32,000 nucleotides of DNA, from NCBI RefSeq assembly GCF_000039765.1, contig NC_004459.3, positions 120,001-152,000 of the forward strand, in the 5' to 3' direction. Shown piece after piece: positions 1 through 9,650 of this stretch; the stretch's first letter is position 1; each line of letters opens with the position of its first letter. This DNA is from Vibrio vulnificus CMCP6. GTDB lineage: Bacteria; Pseudomonadota; Gammaproteobacteria; Enterobacterales; Vibrionaceae. A program made the translations under genes and the position numbers. The notes below the pieces were generated by a model. That model searched no databases, was not told where the DNA came from, and saw only the letters and a list, made by a program, of their open reading frames with translations.

Positions 1-18
1 AAATGCTCCAAGCGTGCT

Positions 19-1134
19 CTAAATTAGCTTGTTCATTTTTTCGCCCAGAATGTCTAAGCGCCAACCTTGCATCAAGTCTGGCAGGCGATTTTGATCGCGC
101 TGATGTTTCCATACCCAACTGATCAGTTGATTAGTCTGCTTCTTCGACGCTAAAAACTCGCTCGCTAAACCTGTCGCTTTCGAAGCGTGAGTGACTTCGT
201 CTTTCAGTTTTTTAAACAGTTGTTTGTAACCTGGCAAATCCATCAAACGTTCAATTGGTGCTGGATAATCCTCAGGATCAGTCTCACGCGCCGACTTCAC
301 CATCGCAGCAATGCGGTTGCCATGACGCTGTACAGAGCGAACATCCATCCCCTCTTCTTCCATGCGCTTAAAGCTCGTCAGGCCTAAACGAGCCACTGTG
401 AGTAAGTCATGTTCTTTGAAAACAAAGTTCAACGCTAAGTCACGACGAATCGCCTCTTGCATACGCCAAGTCGCAAGCGGCTTGAGTATCGCAAGCTCTC
501 TTGGCTTAAGCTGCCAAGCCCCTTTGATATCGAGATAAGCATTGTCGGCATTCGGCGTTTTTACACGCTTGCTTGCTTGCAGTTCGCTCTCTTGCTGAGC
601 CGCTTGCCACCAGCCCGCTTCCATCACTTTTTCCAACAAGATCTCGTACAGCGGCAACAAGTAGTGAACATCTGCCGCGGCGTACTCCAGCTGTTTGTCA
701 CTCAGAGGACGAGCCAACCAGTCCGTGCGCGACTCACTCTTATCCAGTTCCACGTTAAGGTACTGCTCGACCAATGCGGCAAAGCCCGTCGATAGACCGT
801 GACCCAAAAACGCGGCCATGATTTGCGTATCCACCATCGGCACGGGTATCGCACCCAACGCATTGTGGAACACTTCCAAATCCTCACCGCAAGCGTGAAG
901 CACTTTCATTACCGAGGCATCGTTAAGCAACTCAGTAAACGCACTCATATCAGTCAGCACCGTTGGATCAATCAGCGAGAGGGTGTCACCATCAAAAAGC
1001 TGAATTAAGCCCAATTGTGGGTAATACGTTCGGGTGCGGACAAACTCGGTATCCAACATCACAACGTCTGCTTCGCGCGCTTTACTGCATACCCTAACTA
1101 GGTCTTGGTTTTCGGTAATAATTTGGTAATTCAC
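19..1134 (-). CDS. rnd: Ribonuclease D
   Basis: Product has the DEDD exonuclease motif 'VVMLDTEFVRTRTYYPQLGLIQLFDG', 'VLHACGEDLEVF' and an HRDC-like C-terminal region. The listed ORF (to 1191) extends into the fadD terminator hairpin; a GTG at 1132-1134 beginning VNYQIITENQDLV is the likelier start. Confidence 0.93.
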   Translation of the reverse strand: MNYQIITENQDLVRVCSKAREADVVMLDTEFVRTRTYYPQLGLIQLFDGDTLSLIDPTVLTDMSAFTELLNDASVMKVLHACGEDLEVFHNALGAIPVPMVDTQIMAAFLGHGLSTGFAALVEQYLNVELDKSESRTDWLARPLSDKQLEYAAADVHYLLPLYEILLEKVMEAGWWQAAQQESELQASKRVKTPNADNAYLDIKGAWQLKPRELAILKPLATWRMQEAIRRDLALNFVFKEHDLLTVARLGLTSFKRMEEEGMDVRSVQRHGNRIAAMVKSARETDPEDYPAPIERLMDLPGYKQLFKKLKDEVTHASKATGLASEFLASKKQTNQLISWVWKHQRDQNRLPDLMQGWRLDILGEKMNKLI

Positions 1135-1161
1135 TCGTCTCTCGCTATCGCTTTGAAAATA

Positions 1162-1194
1162 AAAATGCCAGCCTTGGAATTCGGCTGGCATTTT
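1162..1194 (-). terminator. Rho-independent terminator downstream of fadD
   Basis: Perfect 12-bp inverted repeat AAAATGCCAGCC / GGCTGGCATTTT with 9-nt loop, located just after the fadD stop (minus strand). Confidence 0.85.
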
Positions 1195-1221
1195 AACACT
1201 CTTCGTGACACTTTGCGCGGC

Positions 1222-2919
1222 TTACGCTGCCTCATTCTCTTTGGCAAGCTTAGCATCATTTTCATCGCGTAATACGCGACGCAAAATCTTACCGACGTTG
1301 GTTTTCGGCAGATCTTCACGGAACTCAATCAACTTCGGCACTTTATAGCCTGTCAGGTGCTGACGACAGTGATTAATGATCTCTTCTTTGGTCAGGCTTG
1401 GATCACGCTTAACCACATAAATCTTCACCACTTCGCCAGAGACTTCGTGCGGCTGACCGATGGCCGCCACTTCAAGCACCTTACCGTGCAGCGCAACCAC
1501 ATCTTCGATTTCATTTGGATAAACGTTGAAACCGGACACCAAAATCATGTCTTTCTTACGATCAACAATGTGCAAGAAGCCATCTTCATCAAACTTGACG
1601 ATGTCGCCAGTCGATAGCCAACCGTCATTGTTGATCACTTCTTTGGTCGCTTCTGGGCGCTGCCAGTAACCTTGCATCACCTGTGGGCCACGCACTTGCA
1701 ACTCACCCGTTTCACTATTAGCGAGGGCTTCACCTTCATCGTTCACAATGCGAACTTCTGTTGATGGAACGGGCAGACCAATGGAACCGTTGTAATCCAC
1801 AAGATCGTGCGGATACGCGGCAACCAGTGGTGAACACTCGGTTAAACCGTAGCCTTCTAGCAGGTAACAGCCTGTGGTTTTCTTCCACTTCTCCGCCACC
1901 GCGCGCTGAACGGCCATGCCACCACCAACCGCCAGTTTCAGATGGCTGAAGTTCAGTTCATGGAAATCTTCATTATTGACCAGCGCGTTAAACAGCGTGT
2001 TTACCCCAGTAATGGCGGTGAACGGGTATTTCTGTAGCTCTTTAACAAACCCTGGAATATCGCGTGGGTTGGTGATCAACAGGTTTCGGCCACCCATTTC
2101 GATGAACAACAAGCAGTTCACCGTTAAAGCAAATACGTGATACAACGGCAGCGCGGTCACCACAAGCTCACGGCCAGGCTGAAGAACCGGACCATACATG
2201 CCTTTAGCTTGCATTACGTTAGCAATCATATTGCGGTGAGTAAGGATTGCGCCTTTCGCCACCCCAGTGGTACCACCGGTGTATTGCAAGAACGCAATAT
2301 CATCACCAGTCATAAAAGGTTTGACGTACTGAAGACGACGGCCTTTGTGCAAGGCTTTGCGCATCGAGATGGCCCCAGGCAGATCGTATTTTGGTACCAT
2401 GCCTTTGACATATTTCACAACAAAATCAACGATGGTGCCTTTCGCACGTGGCAACATTTGGCCAAGGCTGGTTAGCACCACGTGTTTAACTGGCGTGTTC
2501 TCAACGATCTGCTCTAACGTATTGGCAAAGTTCGACACGATCACAATCGCTGTGGCACCAGAGTCGTTGAGCTGATGTTCCAATTCACGTGGGGTATACA
2601 ACGGGTTTACGTTCACAGCAATACAGCCAGCACGTAGCACACCAAACAGTGCCACAGGATATTGCAGCAGGTTTGGCATCATTAATGCCACGCGATCGCC
2701 TTTTTTCAGTTTCAACTCGTTTTGTAGATACGCAGCAAACGCACGGCTGCGCTCTTCTAACTTGCGGAAAGTCATCACCGAACCCATGTTCATAAACGCA
2801 GGTTGGTCGGCGTATTTCTGCACTGATTGCTCAAACATTTCGACCAGTGACTCGTACTGATCTGGGTTGATGGTTTCCGGTACGTCAGATGGATAACGTG
2901 AAAGCCATGGTTTTTCCAC
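1222..2919 (-). CDS. fadD: Long-chain-fatty-acid--CoA ligase
   Basis: AMP-binding motif '[12 protein letters not shown]', '[11 protein letters not shown]', '[27 protein letters not shown]'; 565 aa, FadD-like throughout. Confidence 0.95.
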   Translation of the reverse strand: MEKPWLSRYPSDVPETINPDQYESLVEMFEQSVQKYADQPAFMNMGSVMTFRKLEERSRAFAAYLQNELKLKKGDRVALMMPNLLQYPVALFGVLRAGCIAVNVNPLYTPRELEHQLNDSGATAIVIVSNFANTLEQIVENTPVKHVVLTSLGQMLPRAKGTIVDFVVKYVKGMVPKYDLPGAISMRKALHKGRRLQYVKPFMTGDDIAFLQYTGGTTGVAKGAILTHRNMIANVMQAKGMYGPVLQPGRELVVTALPLYHVFALTVNCLLFIEMGGRNLLITNPRDIPGFVKELQKYPFTAITGVNTLFNALVNNEDFHELNFSHLKLAVGGGMAVQRAVAEKWKKTTGCYLLEGYGLTECSPLVAAYPHDLVDYNGSIGLPVPSTEVRIVNDEGEALANSETGELQVRGPQVMQGYWQRPEATKEVINNDGWLSTGDIVKFDEDGFLHIVDRKKDMILVSGFNVYPNEIEDVVALHGKVLEVAAIGQPHEVSGEVVKIYVVKRDPSLTKEEIINHCRQHLTGYKVPKLIEFREDLPKTNVGKILRRVLRDENDAKLAKENEAA

Positions 2920-3040
2920 GATGTTACTCCTCGTTTAAAGCTGGCCTACGCAAGAGAAGCTTGCGAGATAGCGTCCTTTTTATTTGTTCACTATTACAGC
3001 ACAGCAGGCATGCTTGAGCACGAAACTCTCAAACACTTGT

Positions 3041-3895
3041 TTAAATTTTGTTAACTACTCCAAGAATTCGCATTGCGACCTCGAGTGATTGCTCTAAGTG
3101 ACAGTGATGACCGCCTTGCACTGTCTCAATTTGGGCTGGATTTTTCGCATTTAAGTGACTGATATCCTTAAGCTCACGAAATCCATTTTCGCCTAATATG
3201 ATCAGATGAAAACAGGAAATTTGGTCTAAAATCGTTTCGGCATGTTTCTGCGAGAGTCGATACAACGAATCACATTTCAGTTTTGCATCATGACGCCATT
3301 GCCAAATGCCATGGCGATGTTCAACACCACGTTCGACAATGGGTCGCAATGCATCCGCAGAAAGCTGATTGGCAGCGACGCGAAGCATGAGCGCTTCATC
3401 AAAACTACTGAGATTACGGGAGGGTTTCGCACGCAAACGATTACGGCTGAGTACCCCTTGCCTGAGCCTTTCAACCGCCTTTTGCGGGGCTTCAGCCAAA
3501 GGCCCGTAACCTTCTATCTGAACCAGAGCTGTCACCTGTTCAGGAAAGGCCGCACTATAACAACTTGCAATCAAAGCACCAAGTGAATGACCGACTAGTA
3601 GCAGTTTATTTGGCGATAAAACACGCAAAAACTGATAAACGTCATCGATATAATCATGAAATGGATAAAAATTATCCAATGACTTGTGCGAAGAGAGACC
3701 ATGACCGGGGAGATCAATGGCGCATAGGTGAAGCTTAGGATTTTGCTGATGCAGCTCTGCCATGACACGATGAAAACTGGCGGCGTTATCCAACCAGCCA
3801 TGAAGAAAAACGACTGATAAATCAGCCGTTTTTACGTCACCATACTCGATTGCTGCCAGCGTTCCACTGGCGATAACATAACGCGTCTCACGCAT
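3041..3895 (-). CDS. Alpha/beta hydrolase
   Basis: 'VVFLHGWLDNAASF', nucleophile elbow 'LVGHSLGALIA', C-terminal 'VQGGHHCHLE'. Confidence 0.85.
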   Translation of the reverse strand: MRETRYVIASGTLAAIEYGDVKTADLSVVFLHGWLDNAASFHRVMAELHQQNPKLHLCAIDLPGHGLSSHKSLDNFYPFHDYIDDVYQFLRVLSPNKLLLVGHSLGALIASCYSAAFPEQVTALVQIEGYGPLAEAPQKAVERLRQGVLSRNRLRAKPSRNLSSFDEALMLRVAANQLSADALRPIVERGVEHRHGIWQWRHDAKLKCDSLYRLSQKHAETILDQISCFHLIILGENGFRELKDISHLNAKNPAQIETVQGGHHCHLEQSLEVAMRILGVVNKI

Positions 3896-4449
3896 TATTT
3901 AACATCTTGAATGATTTTACCGTCACGCGGGAAGTCGCGCATTTGTCGACAAGTAATCGAATAACACGGGTAGAGGTAACTTGAAGTGTCATACACTCTC
4001 ACTCTTTCTTCGATGGTCCAAAGGCGATAACCGTAGCTCTTCACCACTGGAAAAACATAATCATACTCGCCGATTTTGCCTTGCTCTTCCCCTGCAGCAG
4101 TGCCGACAACGGTAATCAAACGTCCTTGACTAAACGCAACGGGCTCTAAGTAGCCCTCAAGGTAGGCAACAAAACGTCCATTGGGTTCTTGGCTAATGTC
4201 GGGCTTGCCGTTTTTATCGATCGGCAAGTTAACAATTTCAATGCGCGTTTTGTCTTTGAGATTGTCCACTTTAGCAATCACGCCACCCAAACGAACATCT
4301 TGCGTCACCACGCCTTGGCTTTCTGCAAAGATTTTATAATCCGTTAGCACTTCTTGGTTTTGCGCCGTCAGCTCTTGTGGGAGAGAACTACACGCCGCCA
4401 AGCCGAGCAAAGCGATCATTGCGAAAAGAGAGCGGACCGTTTTCTTCAT
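3895..4449 (-). CDS. Slp-family outer membrane lipoprotein
   Basis: Lipobox 'LLGLAAC', Slp-like 'VRLGGVIAKVDNLKDKTRIEIVNLPID...PNGRFVAYLEGYLEP'. Abuts the alpha/beta hydrolase gene. Confidence 0.85.
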   Translation of the reverse strand: MKKTVRSLFAMIALLGLAACSSLPQELTAQNQEVLTDYKIFAESQGVVTQDVRLGGVIAKVDNLKDKTRIEIVNLPIDKNGKPDISQEPNGRFVAYLEGYLEPVAFSQGRLITVVGTAAGEEQGKIGEYDYVFPVVKSYGYRLWTIEERVRVYDTSSYLYPCYSITCRQMRDFPRDGKIIQDVK

Positions 4450-4490
4450 TATTTACCTGCCTGTCTTCAGTCATCAAAGCAACAAAAGGG

Positions 4491-4796
4491 TCAAATGTAG
4501 ATATCGACACCGAGCAACTGGGCGAGTTCCTCTCTTTTGGCTTGATTCATTACGTCCATGTATTCTTGCATTGCACGTCGAGCTTGACCTTCGGGAAGAT
4601 CATACTGAATTTGCGCTTTATGAATGTCAGATTCTTTGACATTTTGGATGCTATGCGCCACGGCATTGGCTACCTTGGACGTTTGACCAACCGCTTGTTG
4701 CTGTTGGTTTTTCGCCACCTTACGCTTGTTGCTGCTTTTATTCGTCCGTTGCGTCCCGGGAATAATCGCAGGAGGTAAACCGTTAATTGAAGCCAT
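4491..4796 (-). CDS. Small conserved-looking hypothetical protein (101 aa)
   Basis: Intact ORF in the operon-like run with Slp and tsaB; Lys/Gln-rich N-terminus, no recognised domain. Confidence 0.6.
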   Translation of the reverse strand: MASINGLPPAIIPGTQRTNKSSNKRKVAKNQQQQAVGQTSKVANAVAHSIQNVKESDIHKAQIQYDLPEGQARRAMQEYMDVMNQAKREELAQLLGVDIYI

Positions 4797-4821
4797 CGCG
4801 TTCCATCACTTTAAGTGGGCG

Positions 4822-5523
4822 TTATTCACGCCCTGGTAGTTTTTTCCAAGCCACGTTATCGCGCAGATAAACTGGGCTAGACTCTTCTACGGCAACCGTA
4901 TTGCCCGCCGCCAGCTCATACTTAGCAAGGACAACAATGTCTTGAGCATCAGGGTAAAGTACCTCACCCGCTTCGATGTTCAACGGCAAATTGGCTAAGC
5001 TTTCAGCGTAGGCATCCCATCCTGTACCCGCGCTTGTCCAGCTCTGTTGATCGGCCGTGATATTTTGTGCTAATTGCGCCGGAGGAATGACGCATTCCGC
5101 GTCCACGGCAACCCAACTGCCATCTTGCTGACGCTGGTAGCGTCCCCAATAGACTTCATCCATGCGCGCATCAATCGCAGCCACCACCGAGGTCGCGCCG
5201 TGTACACGGTAGGAACCTTGCGCCATCGCTGCCAGTGTTGAAATGCCAATCATTGGCAAATCCGCACCGAATGCTAAACCTTGTGCAATACCGATGCCAA
5301 TTCGCACGCCAGTAAAACTGCCTGGGCCACGGCCAAAAGCGAGCGCATCTAAATCGGTCAGTGTCAATCCAGCTTGTTGCAACACCTCTTCCACCATAGG
5401 TAGGACTTTTTTGGTGTGGTCACGTGGGGCCACTTCGCTACGTGAAAAGACTTGGTCGCCGACTAAAAGGGCGACTGAACAGTTTTCGGTTGCGGTGTCG
5501 ATAGCAAGAATTTTAGCGCTCAT
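4822..5523 (-). CDS. tsaB: tRNA threonylcarbamoyladenosine biosynthesis protein TsaB
   Basis: '[16 protein letters not shown]', '[27 protein letters not shown]' signature of TsaB/YeaZ. Confidence 0.95.
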   Translation of the reverse strand: MSAKILAIDTATENCSVALLVGDQVFSRSEVAPRDHTKKVLPMVEEVLQQAGLTLTDLDALAFGRGPGSFTGVRIGIGIAQGLAFGADLPMIGISTLAAMAQGSYRVHGATSVVAAIDARMDEVYWGRYQRQQDGSWVAVDAECVIPPAQLAQNITADQQSWTSAGTGWDAYAESLANLPLNIEAGEVLYPDAQDIVVLAKYELAAGNTVAVEESSPVYLRDNVAWKKLPGRE

Positions 5524-7443
5524 TCAGTTCTCTGTTTGTTCTGTTAGAAATTGTTGAATCAAATCCAAATCACGGGTTCTTGGGATCGGAGGTAAGCTGG
5601 CAAGAAAAATGCCGCCGTATTCTCTTGTGACCAAGCGGTTGTCACAGATGATTAAAGCCCCGCGATCTTTTTGATCTCGAATCAGACGCCCTACCCCTTG
5701 TTTGAGCGTAATGACTGCATCAGGCAGTTGTACTTGCTCAAACGGCTCTCCGCCTCGTAATCGACAATCTTCGATACGAGCTTTAAGTAGCGGGTCATCT
5801 GGTGATGTAAAAGGAAGTTTGTCGATGATAACACAGCTTAAGGCGTCACCTCTAACATCGATTCCTTCCCAAAAAGCGCCAGTGGCCACCAGCAAGGCAT
5901 TCCCCAACTCCATAAATTCAGCGAGCGTGCGCTGTTTGCTCATCTCGCCTTGCAATAAAACGGGTAAGTCCAAAACCTCGCGAAAACGCTCGCCTAATTC
6001 ACGCATCATCGAATGTGAAGTACAGAGGAAGAAACAACGCCCTTGGTTGGATTCAATCACCGGCGCCAACATCGCCACCAGCTTTTGCGCCAAACCTGGG
6101 CTATTGGGCTCTGGTAGATAGCGAGGGACGCACAATCGCGCCTGCTCGGCATAATCAAATGGGCTTGGCAATGAGAATTGCTTTCGCGGCTTTAAGCCTA
6201 AGCGGTCGGTAAAATGACTAAAATCGTCCCCCACCGCCAACGTGGCCGAGGTGAAGATCCACGCGCCCTGTTTGATCTCTATTTGCTCATGAAATTTGTC
6301 CGCAACTGAGAGCGGCGTGATGTGCAATGTAAAATGGCGCGGCGAGGTATCAAACCAGTACGAATAGCCCGTGATGCTGGTATCACACACTCGTTCTAAA
6401 CGACCTTTAATGAGGTTAGCGCGCTCAAACGCCACATCAAGCAATTGGCAGCGACCTAACGCGAGCTTGAGTACCTCGATGGTCAGATCCAACGCATCCA
6501 CCAAGCGATCCACTTCGCGCTTGATGGATGGCGATTGTAAGGCATCTCGCCAATTGCCACGAAAGCCAGGCTCACCCAGCACAATGCGCATATCCATTGC
6601 GGTTTGGGCTAATTTATCCCCCACTTTTTGCAGCTGACGCATGTCTTTCACTTCCGTGCGATAGGCAATTTCAATGTCTTTGGCCAAATCGAGAATCTGG
6701 CGGCTGGAGAGTGACTGACCAAAATATTCGCTCGCAATATCAGGTAGTTGATGCGCCTCATCAAAAATAAACACATCCGCTTCGGGGATCAGCTCACCAA
6801 AACCGGTTTCTTTGATCGCCAGGTCGGCAAGAAAAAGGTGATGGTTCACCACCACCACATCGGCATCCAGCGCTTTCTTTCGCGCTTTTAACACAAAGCA
6901 ATCTTGGTAACTTGGACAATCTTTGCCTAAGCAGTTGTCATTGGTTGACGTGATGGTGGGTATGATCATGCTGTCTTCTGGCAACTCTTCACAATCACCC
7001 AAATCGCCCGTTTTGGTTTCCGAAGACCAACTGCGCACTTTGACCAATTGGCTTAATGACGTGGAATCCGATTCATTGTGATGCACTTCGACCATTTGTC
7101 GGCTTAAACGCTCTAAACACAAATAGTTGGAGCGGCCTTTCAACAACGCGAGTTGTCCAAAAAAGCCTAACGCATCGGTCATGAGCGGCAAATCACGATG
7201 AAAAAGCTGTTCTTGCAAGTTTTTCGAACCGGTAGAAATAATGACCTTTTTGCCACTTAGCAGAGCTGGCACCAGATAAGCGAAGGTTTTACCGGTTCCG
7301 GTCCCCGCTTCAACCACAAGCTGTGTTTGCTGTTGGATCGCCTCGGCGACCGCTTCGGCCATATCGACCTGAGGTTGACGAGCTTGAAAGCCGGGAATGG
7401 CCTTGCCTAAAGCACCTTTGGAAGAAAACGTTTTTGCTATCAT
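5524..7443 (-). CDS. yoaA: DinG-family (XPD-like) ATP-dependent DNA helicase, YoaA type
   Basis: Walker A 'VEAGTGTGKTFAYLVP', DEAH box 'VFIFDEAHQLPD', Fe-S region cysteines 'CLGKDCPSYQDC', 'GVGRLIRDQKDRGALIICDNR'. Adjacent to tsaB. Confidence 0.92.
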   Translation of the reverse strand: MIAKTFSSKGALGKAIPGFQARQPQVDMAEAVAEAIQQQTQLVVEAGTGTGKTFAYLVPALLSGKKVIISTGSKNLQEQLFHRDLPLMTDALGFFGQLALLKGRSNYLCLERLSRQMVEVHHNESDSTSLSQLVKVRSWSSETKTGDLGDCEELPEDSMIIPTITSTNDNCLGKDCPSYQDCFVLKARKKALDADVVVVNHHLFLADLAIKETGFGELIPEADVFIFDEAHQLPDIASEYFGQSLSSRQILDLAKDIEIAYRTEVKDMRQLQKVGDKLAQTAMDMRIVLGEPGFRGNWRDALQSPSIKREVDRLVDALDLTIEVLKLALGRCQLLDVAFERANLIKGRLERVCDTSITGYSYWFDTSPRHFTLHITPLSVADKFHEQIEIKQGAWIFTSATLAVGDDFSHFTDRLGLKPRKQFSLPSPFDYAEQARLCVPRYLPEPNSPGLAQKLVAMLAPVIESNQGRCFFLCTSHSMMRELGERFREVLDLPVLLQGEMSKQRTLAEFMELGNALLVATGAFWEGIDVRGDALSCVIIDKLPFTSPDDPLLKARIEDCRLRGGEPFEQVQLPDAVITLKQGVGRLIRDQKDRGALIICDNRLVTREYGGIFLASLPPIPRTRDLDLIQQFLTEQTEN

Positions 7444-7540
7444 TCTGTGTTCTGCTGAGGGGTCAGTGGCACAGATTATGTCAGGTTTGTCTTTTTGAGG
7501 CGAATCCGAATTGTCTTCGCCTCGGCAGGTATTTGGTCGG

Positions 7541-7741
7541 TTATTTGCGGTTTAAATAGCGTGCAAGCCACGCTGGGCCGGTGAATTGATCCTCTTCCCC
7601 TAAGATGGCCTTGGCCGCTTCGGCTGGAGAAGCTCGATTTTCCCAAAGTTCAGTAATGCGATCCTCATCTATTTCATGGTTACCGAGCAGAGAGCTCACT
7701 CTCTCTACATACAGTTTTCGAGCCAGTAGATCTTTGTCCAT
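7541..7741 (-). CDS. Small hypothetical protein (about 66 aa)
   Basis: MDKDLLARKLYVERVSSLLGNHEIDEDRITELWENRASPAEAAKAILGEEDQ...; ATG at 7739-7741 preceded by GAGGTGG on the minus strand, so shorter than the GTG-started 69-aa ORF. Confidence 0.6.
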   Translation of the reverse strand: MDKDLLARKLYVERVSSLLGNHEIDEDRITELWENRASPAEAAKAILGEEDQFTGPAWLARYLNRK

Positions 7742-7936
7742 ATACACCACCTCTATGATTCTTATGAAGGCTCAATTCAGACAACGTCTTCAGCCAAACG
7801 TTTTGCTGGAGAATTTGTTTGAAACCATCTTAATAATAGATTATCTATTAGGCCTGTATTGCGGTTTAGTTCACCGTTCGACGCCCAAACAATTATTCGT
7901 ACCATAAAAAAAATAAATCACGGAAGTATCTCTAAT

Positions 7937-8770
7937 ATGGAAAAGAAAACACTACTGACTCATTGCTCAGACGCGCCGGGTCTGATCTCTAAAATCACCA
8001 ACATTTGTTACAAGCATCAACTGAATATTATTCACAACAATGAGTTTGTAGATAATTCCAGCGGTCACTTTTTTATGCGAACCGAACTGGAGGGATACTT
8101 TAACGACCACACTTTTCTTGCCGATCTCGACCAAGCGCTGCCACAAGGGGCAAAACGTAAACTCGTCAGTTCTGAGCGAAAACGCATTGTGATTTTGGTT
8201 ACCAAAGAAGCGCACTGCTTAGGTGATATTCTGATGAAGAATTACGACGGTAGCTTGGATGTTGACATTGCTGCGGTGGTAGGTAACTACGACAAACTGC
8301 AAAGCCTCACGGAAAAATTCGACATCCCTTATCACCATGTTTGTCATGAAGGACTCGATCGTGAAAGTCACGAGCAGAAGATGCTTGAAGTGATTGGTCA
8401 ATATCAGCCCGATTATTTGGTGCTAGCGAAATACATGCGTGTGCTCACGCCAGGTTTTGTTGAGAAATATCATCATAAGATCATCAACATTCACCACAGC
8501 TTCTTGCCTGCCTTTATTGGCGCGAAACCTTATCAACAAGCTTTTGATCGCGGTGTAAAAATCATCGGTGCTACGGCACACTTCGTCACCAATGATTTAG
8601 ATGAAGGCCCAATCATCAAACAAGACGTGATTCCGGTTGATCACAACTTCAGCGCGCAAGACATGGCACAAGCGGGTCGAGATGTTGAGAAGAATGTGTT
8701 GAGCAAGGCGCTTAATAAAGTACTGAATGACCACGTTTTTGTGTATGGCAACAAAACCGTCATTCTTTAA
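7937..8770 (+). CDS. purU: Formyltetrahydrofolate deformylase
   Basis: N-terminal ACT-like 'LLTHCSDAPGLISKITNICYKHQLNIIHNNEFVD' and formyltransferase core 'IINIHHSFLPAFIGAKPYQQAFDRGVKIIGATAHFVTNDLDEGPIIKQD'. Start trimmed to ATG 7937. Confidence 0.95.
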   Translation: MEKKTLLTHCSDAPGLISKITNICYKHQLNIIHNNEFVDNSSGHFFMRTELEGYFNDHTFLADLDQALPQGAKRKLVSSERKRIVILVTKEAHCLGDILMKNYDGSLDVDIAAVVGNYDKLQSLTEKFDIPYHHVCHEGLDRESHEQKMLEVIGQYQPDYLVLAKYMRVLTPGFVEKYHHKIINIHHSFLPAFIGAKPYQQAFDRGVKIIGATAHFVTNDLDEGPIIKQDVIPVDHNFSAQDMAQAGRDVEKNVLSKALNKVLNDHVFVYGNKTVIL

Positions 8771-8833
8771 GCATGGAATACAGCGAACTAAAAGGGTTGC
8801 AATGATTGCAACCCTTTGTTTTTTTCTGCGTAG

Positions 8834-9445
8834 CTAGGCTTGCTCAGACTCAACAATACGTTTTAAAGAATGTGGGTGCAGCTTGATGCAAATGCCTTGG
8901 TACTTGAACGCAACCGTCGGATTGTTCAACCGCTCACCTTCCCCCTTTGGACTCGACAACTTCACCTTAACCCCCAGTTCCTCGAGTTTGCTAAACTGAG
9001 CGCCAAACGCTGGATAGGTGTGTTTCAAATCCGCCAAATAGTCTTCGGCCGTTTGAGCATGAGATGGGACGACAAACTCTACATGTTCCCAACCTTCTTG
9101 GGGATACGCTTTTCCTTCTGCCGGATAAGGCAGCTCTAAGCATTCGATTTTCCAACCGCGACTGGCCAGTGGCGCATCAAACTCGATCACAATGATCGGA
9201 CGACCATTGATGTTCGCCTGTGAGATCACTTTGCCTTGTTCACTCCACATTTGCTGAGACAACTGAGCGGTTTGATTCTCGTTTACGCGTAGCGCAATAT
9301 GATCCGCTTGAGCAAAACTCAAATCCAGTTGCAATAAATCGGCCAGCGACTCGATTTTCTGCATGAAACCGGGTAAATCCTCTAGCATCTGTTGGGGTGT
9401 CAGGCGTTTTTCTGCCAGCAAATTACTCATTTTCGTTCTCTTCAC
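8834..9445 (-). CDS. VOC superfamily protein, YecM-like
   Basis: 'QADHIALRVN...', 'WKIECLELPYPAEGKAYPQEGWEHVEFVVP'; divergent from argS, as expected for yecM. Real start may be the internal ATG at 9430. Confidence 0.8.
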   Translation of the reverse strand: MKRTKMSNLLAEKRLTPQQMLEDLPGFMQKIESLADLLQLDLSFAQADHIALRVNENQTAQLSQQMWSEQGKVISQANINGRPIIVIEFDAPLASRGWKIECLELPYPAEGKAYPQEGWEHVEFVVPSHAQTAEDYLADLKHTYPAFGAQFSKLEELGVKVKLSSPKGEGERLNNPTVAFKYQGICIKLHPHSLKRIVESEQA

Positions 9446-9595
9446 ACTTTTTATTTCTGGGCGTCATAGTAACAACTTCAGGCAAAATTGGCAGTCCTGC
9501 GAGTACTTTAATAAAAAGTCAAAATTTCACTAAATCGGCTCTGTATGAAAGGCAATATAATTGCTATCATTAGCCCCATTTTTGTGAACTCAAAC

Positions 9596-9625
9596 AAAAC
9601 CCGGCCTCTCTATTTCCGGGTTTTT
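9596..9625 (+). promoter_or_regulatory. Terminator-like hairpin in the argS 5' leader (putative attenuator)
   Basis: AAAACCCGG - CCTCTCTATTT - CCGGGTTTT(T): 9-bp perfect stem with T-run, ending 26 nt before the argS GTG start. Confidence 0.5.
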
Positions 9626-9650
9626 CGTCCTTGAATTGAAGGAAACGCGT

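Noticed and set aside
1135-1191. N-terminal extension MPAEFQGWHFYFQSDSERR of the rnd ORF
   Set aside because: It is encoded across the fadD terminator hairpin; the GTG at 1132-1134 gives a normal RNase D N-terminus.
6015-6637. Overlapping plus-strand ORFs antisense to yoaA (and similar antisense ORFs within sucA, sdhA, sucB and the large regulator)
   Set aside because: All lie within long, clearly homologous coding sequence on the other strand, have low-complexity or Arg/Ser-rich translations and no recognised domain; consistent with open antisense frames.
9584-9634. Calling the 16-codon leader ORF upstream of argS as a CDS
   Set aside because: No Shine-Dalgarno sequence and a GTG start; kept only as part of the attenuator hypothesis.
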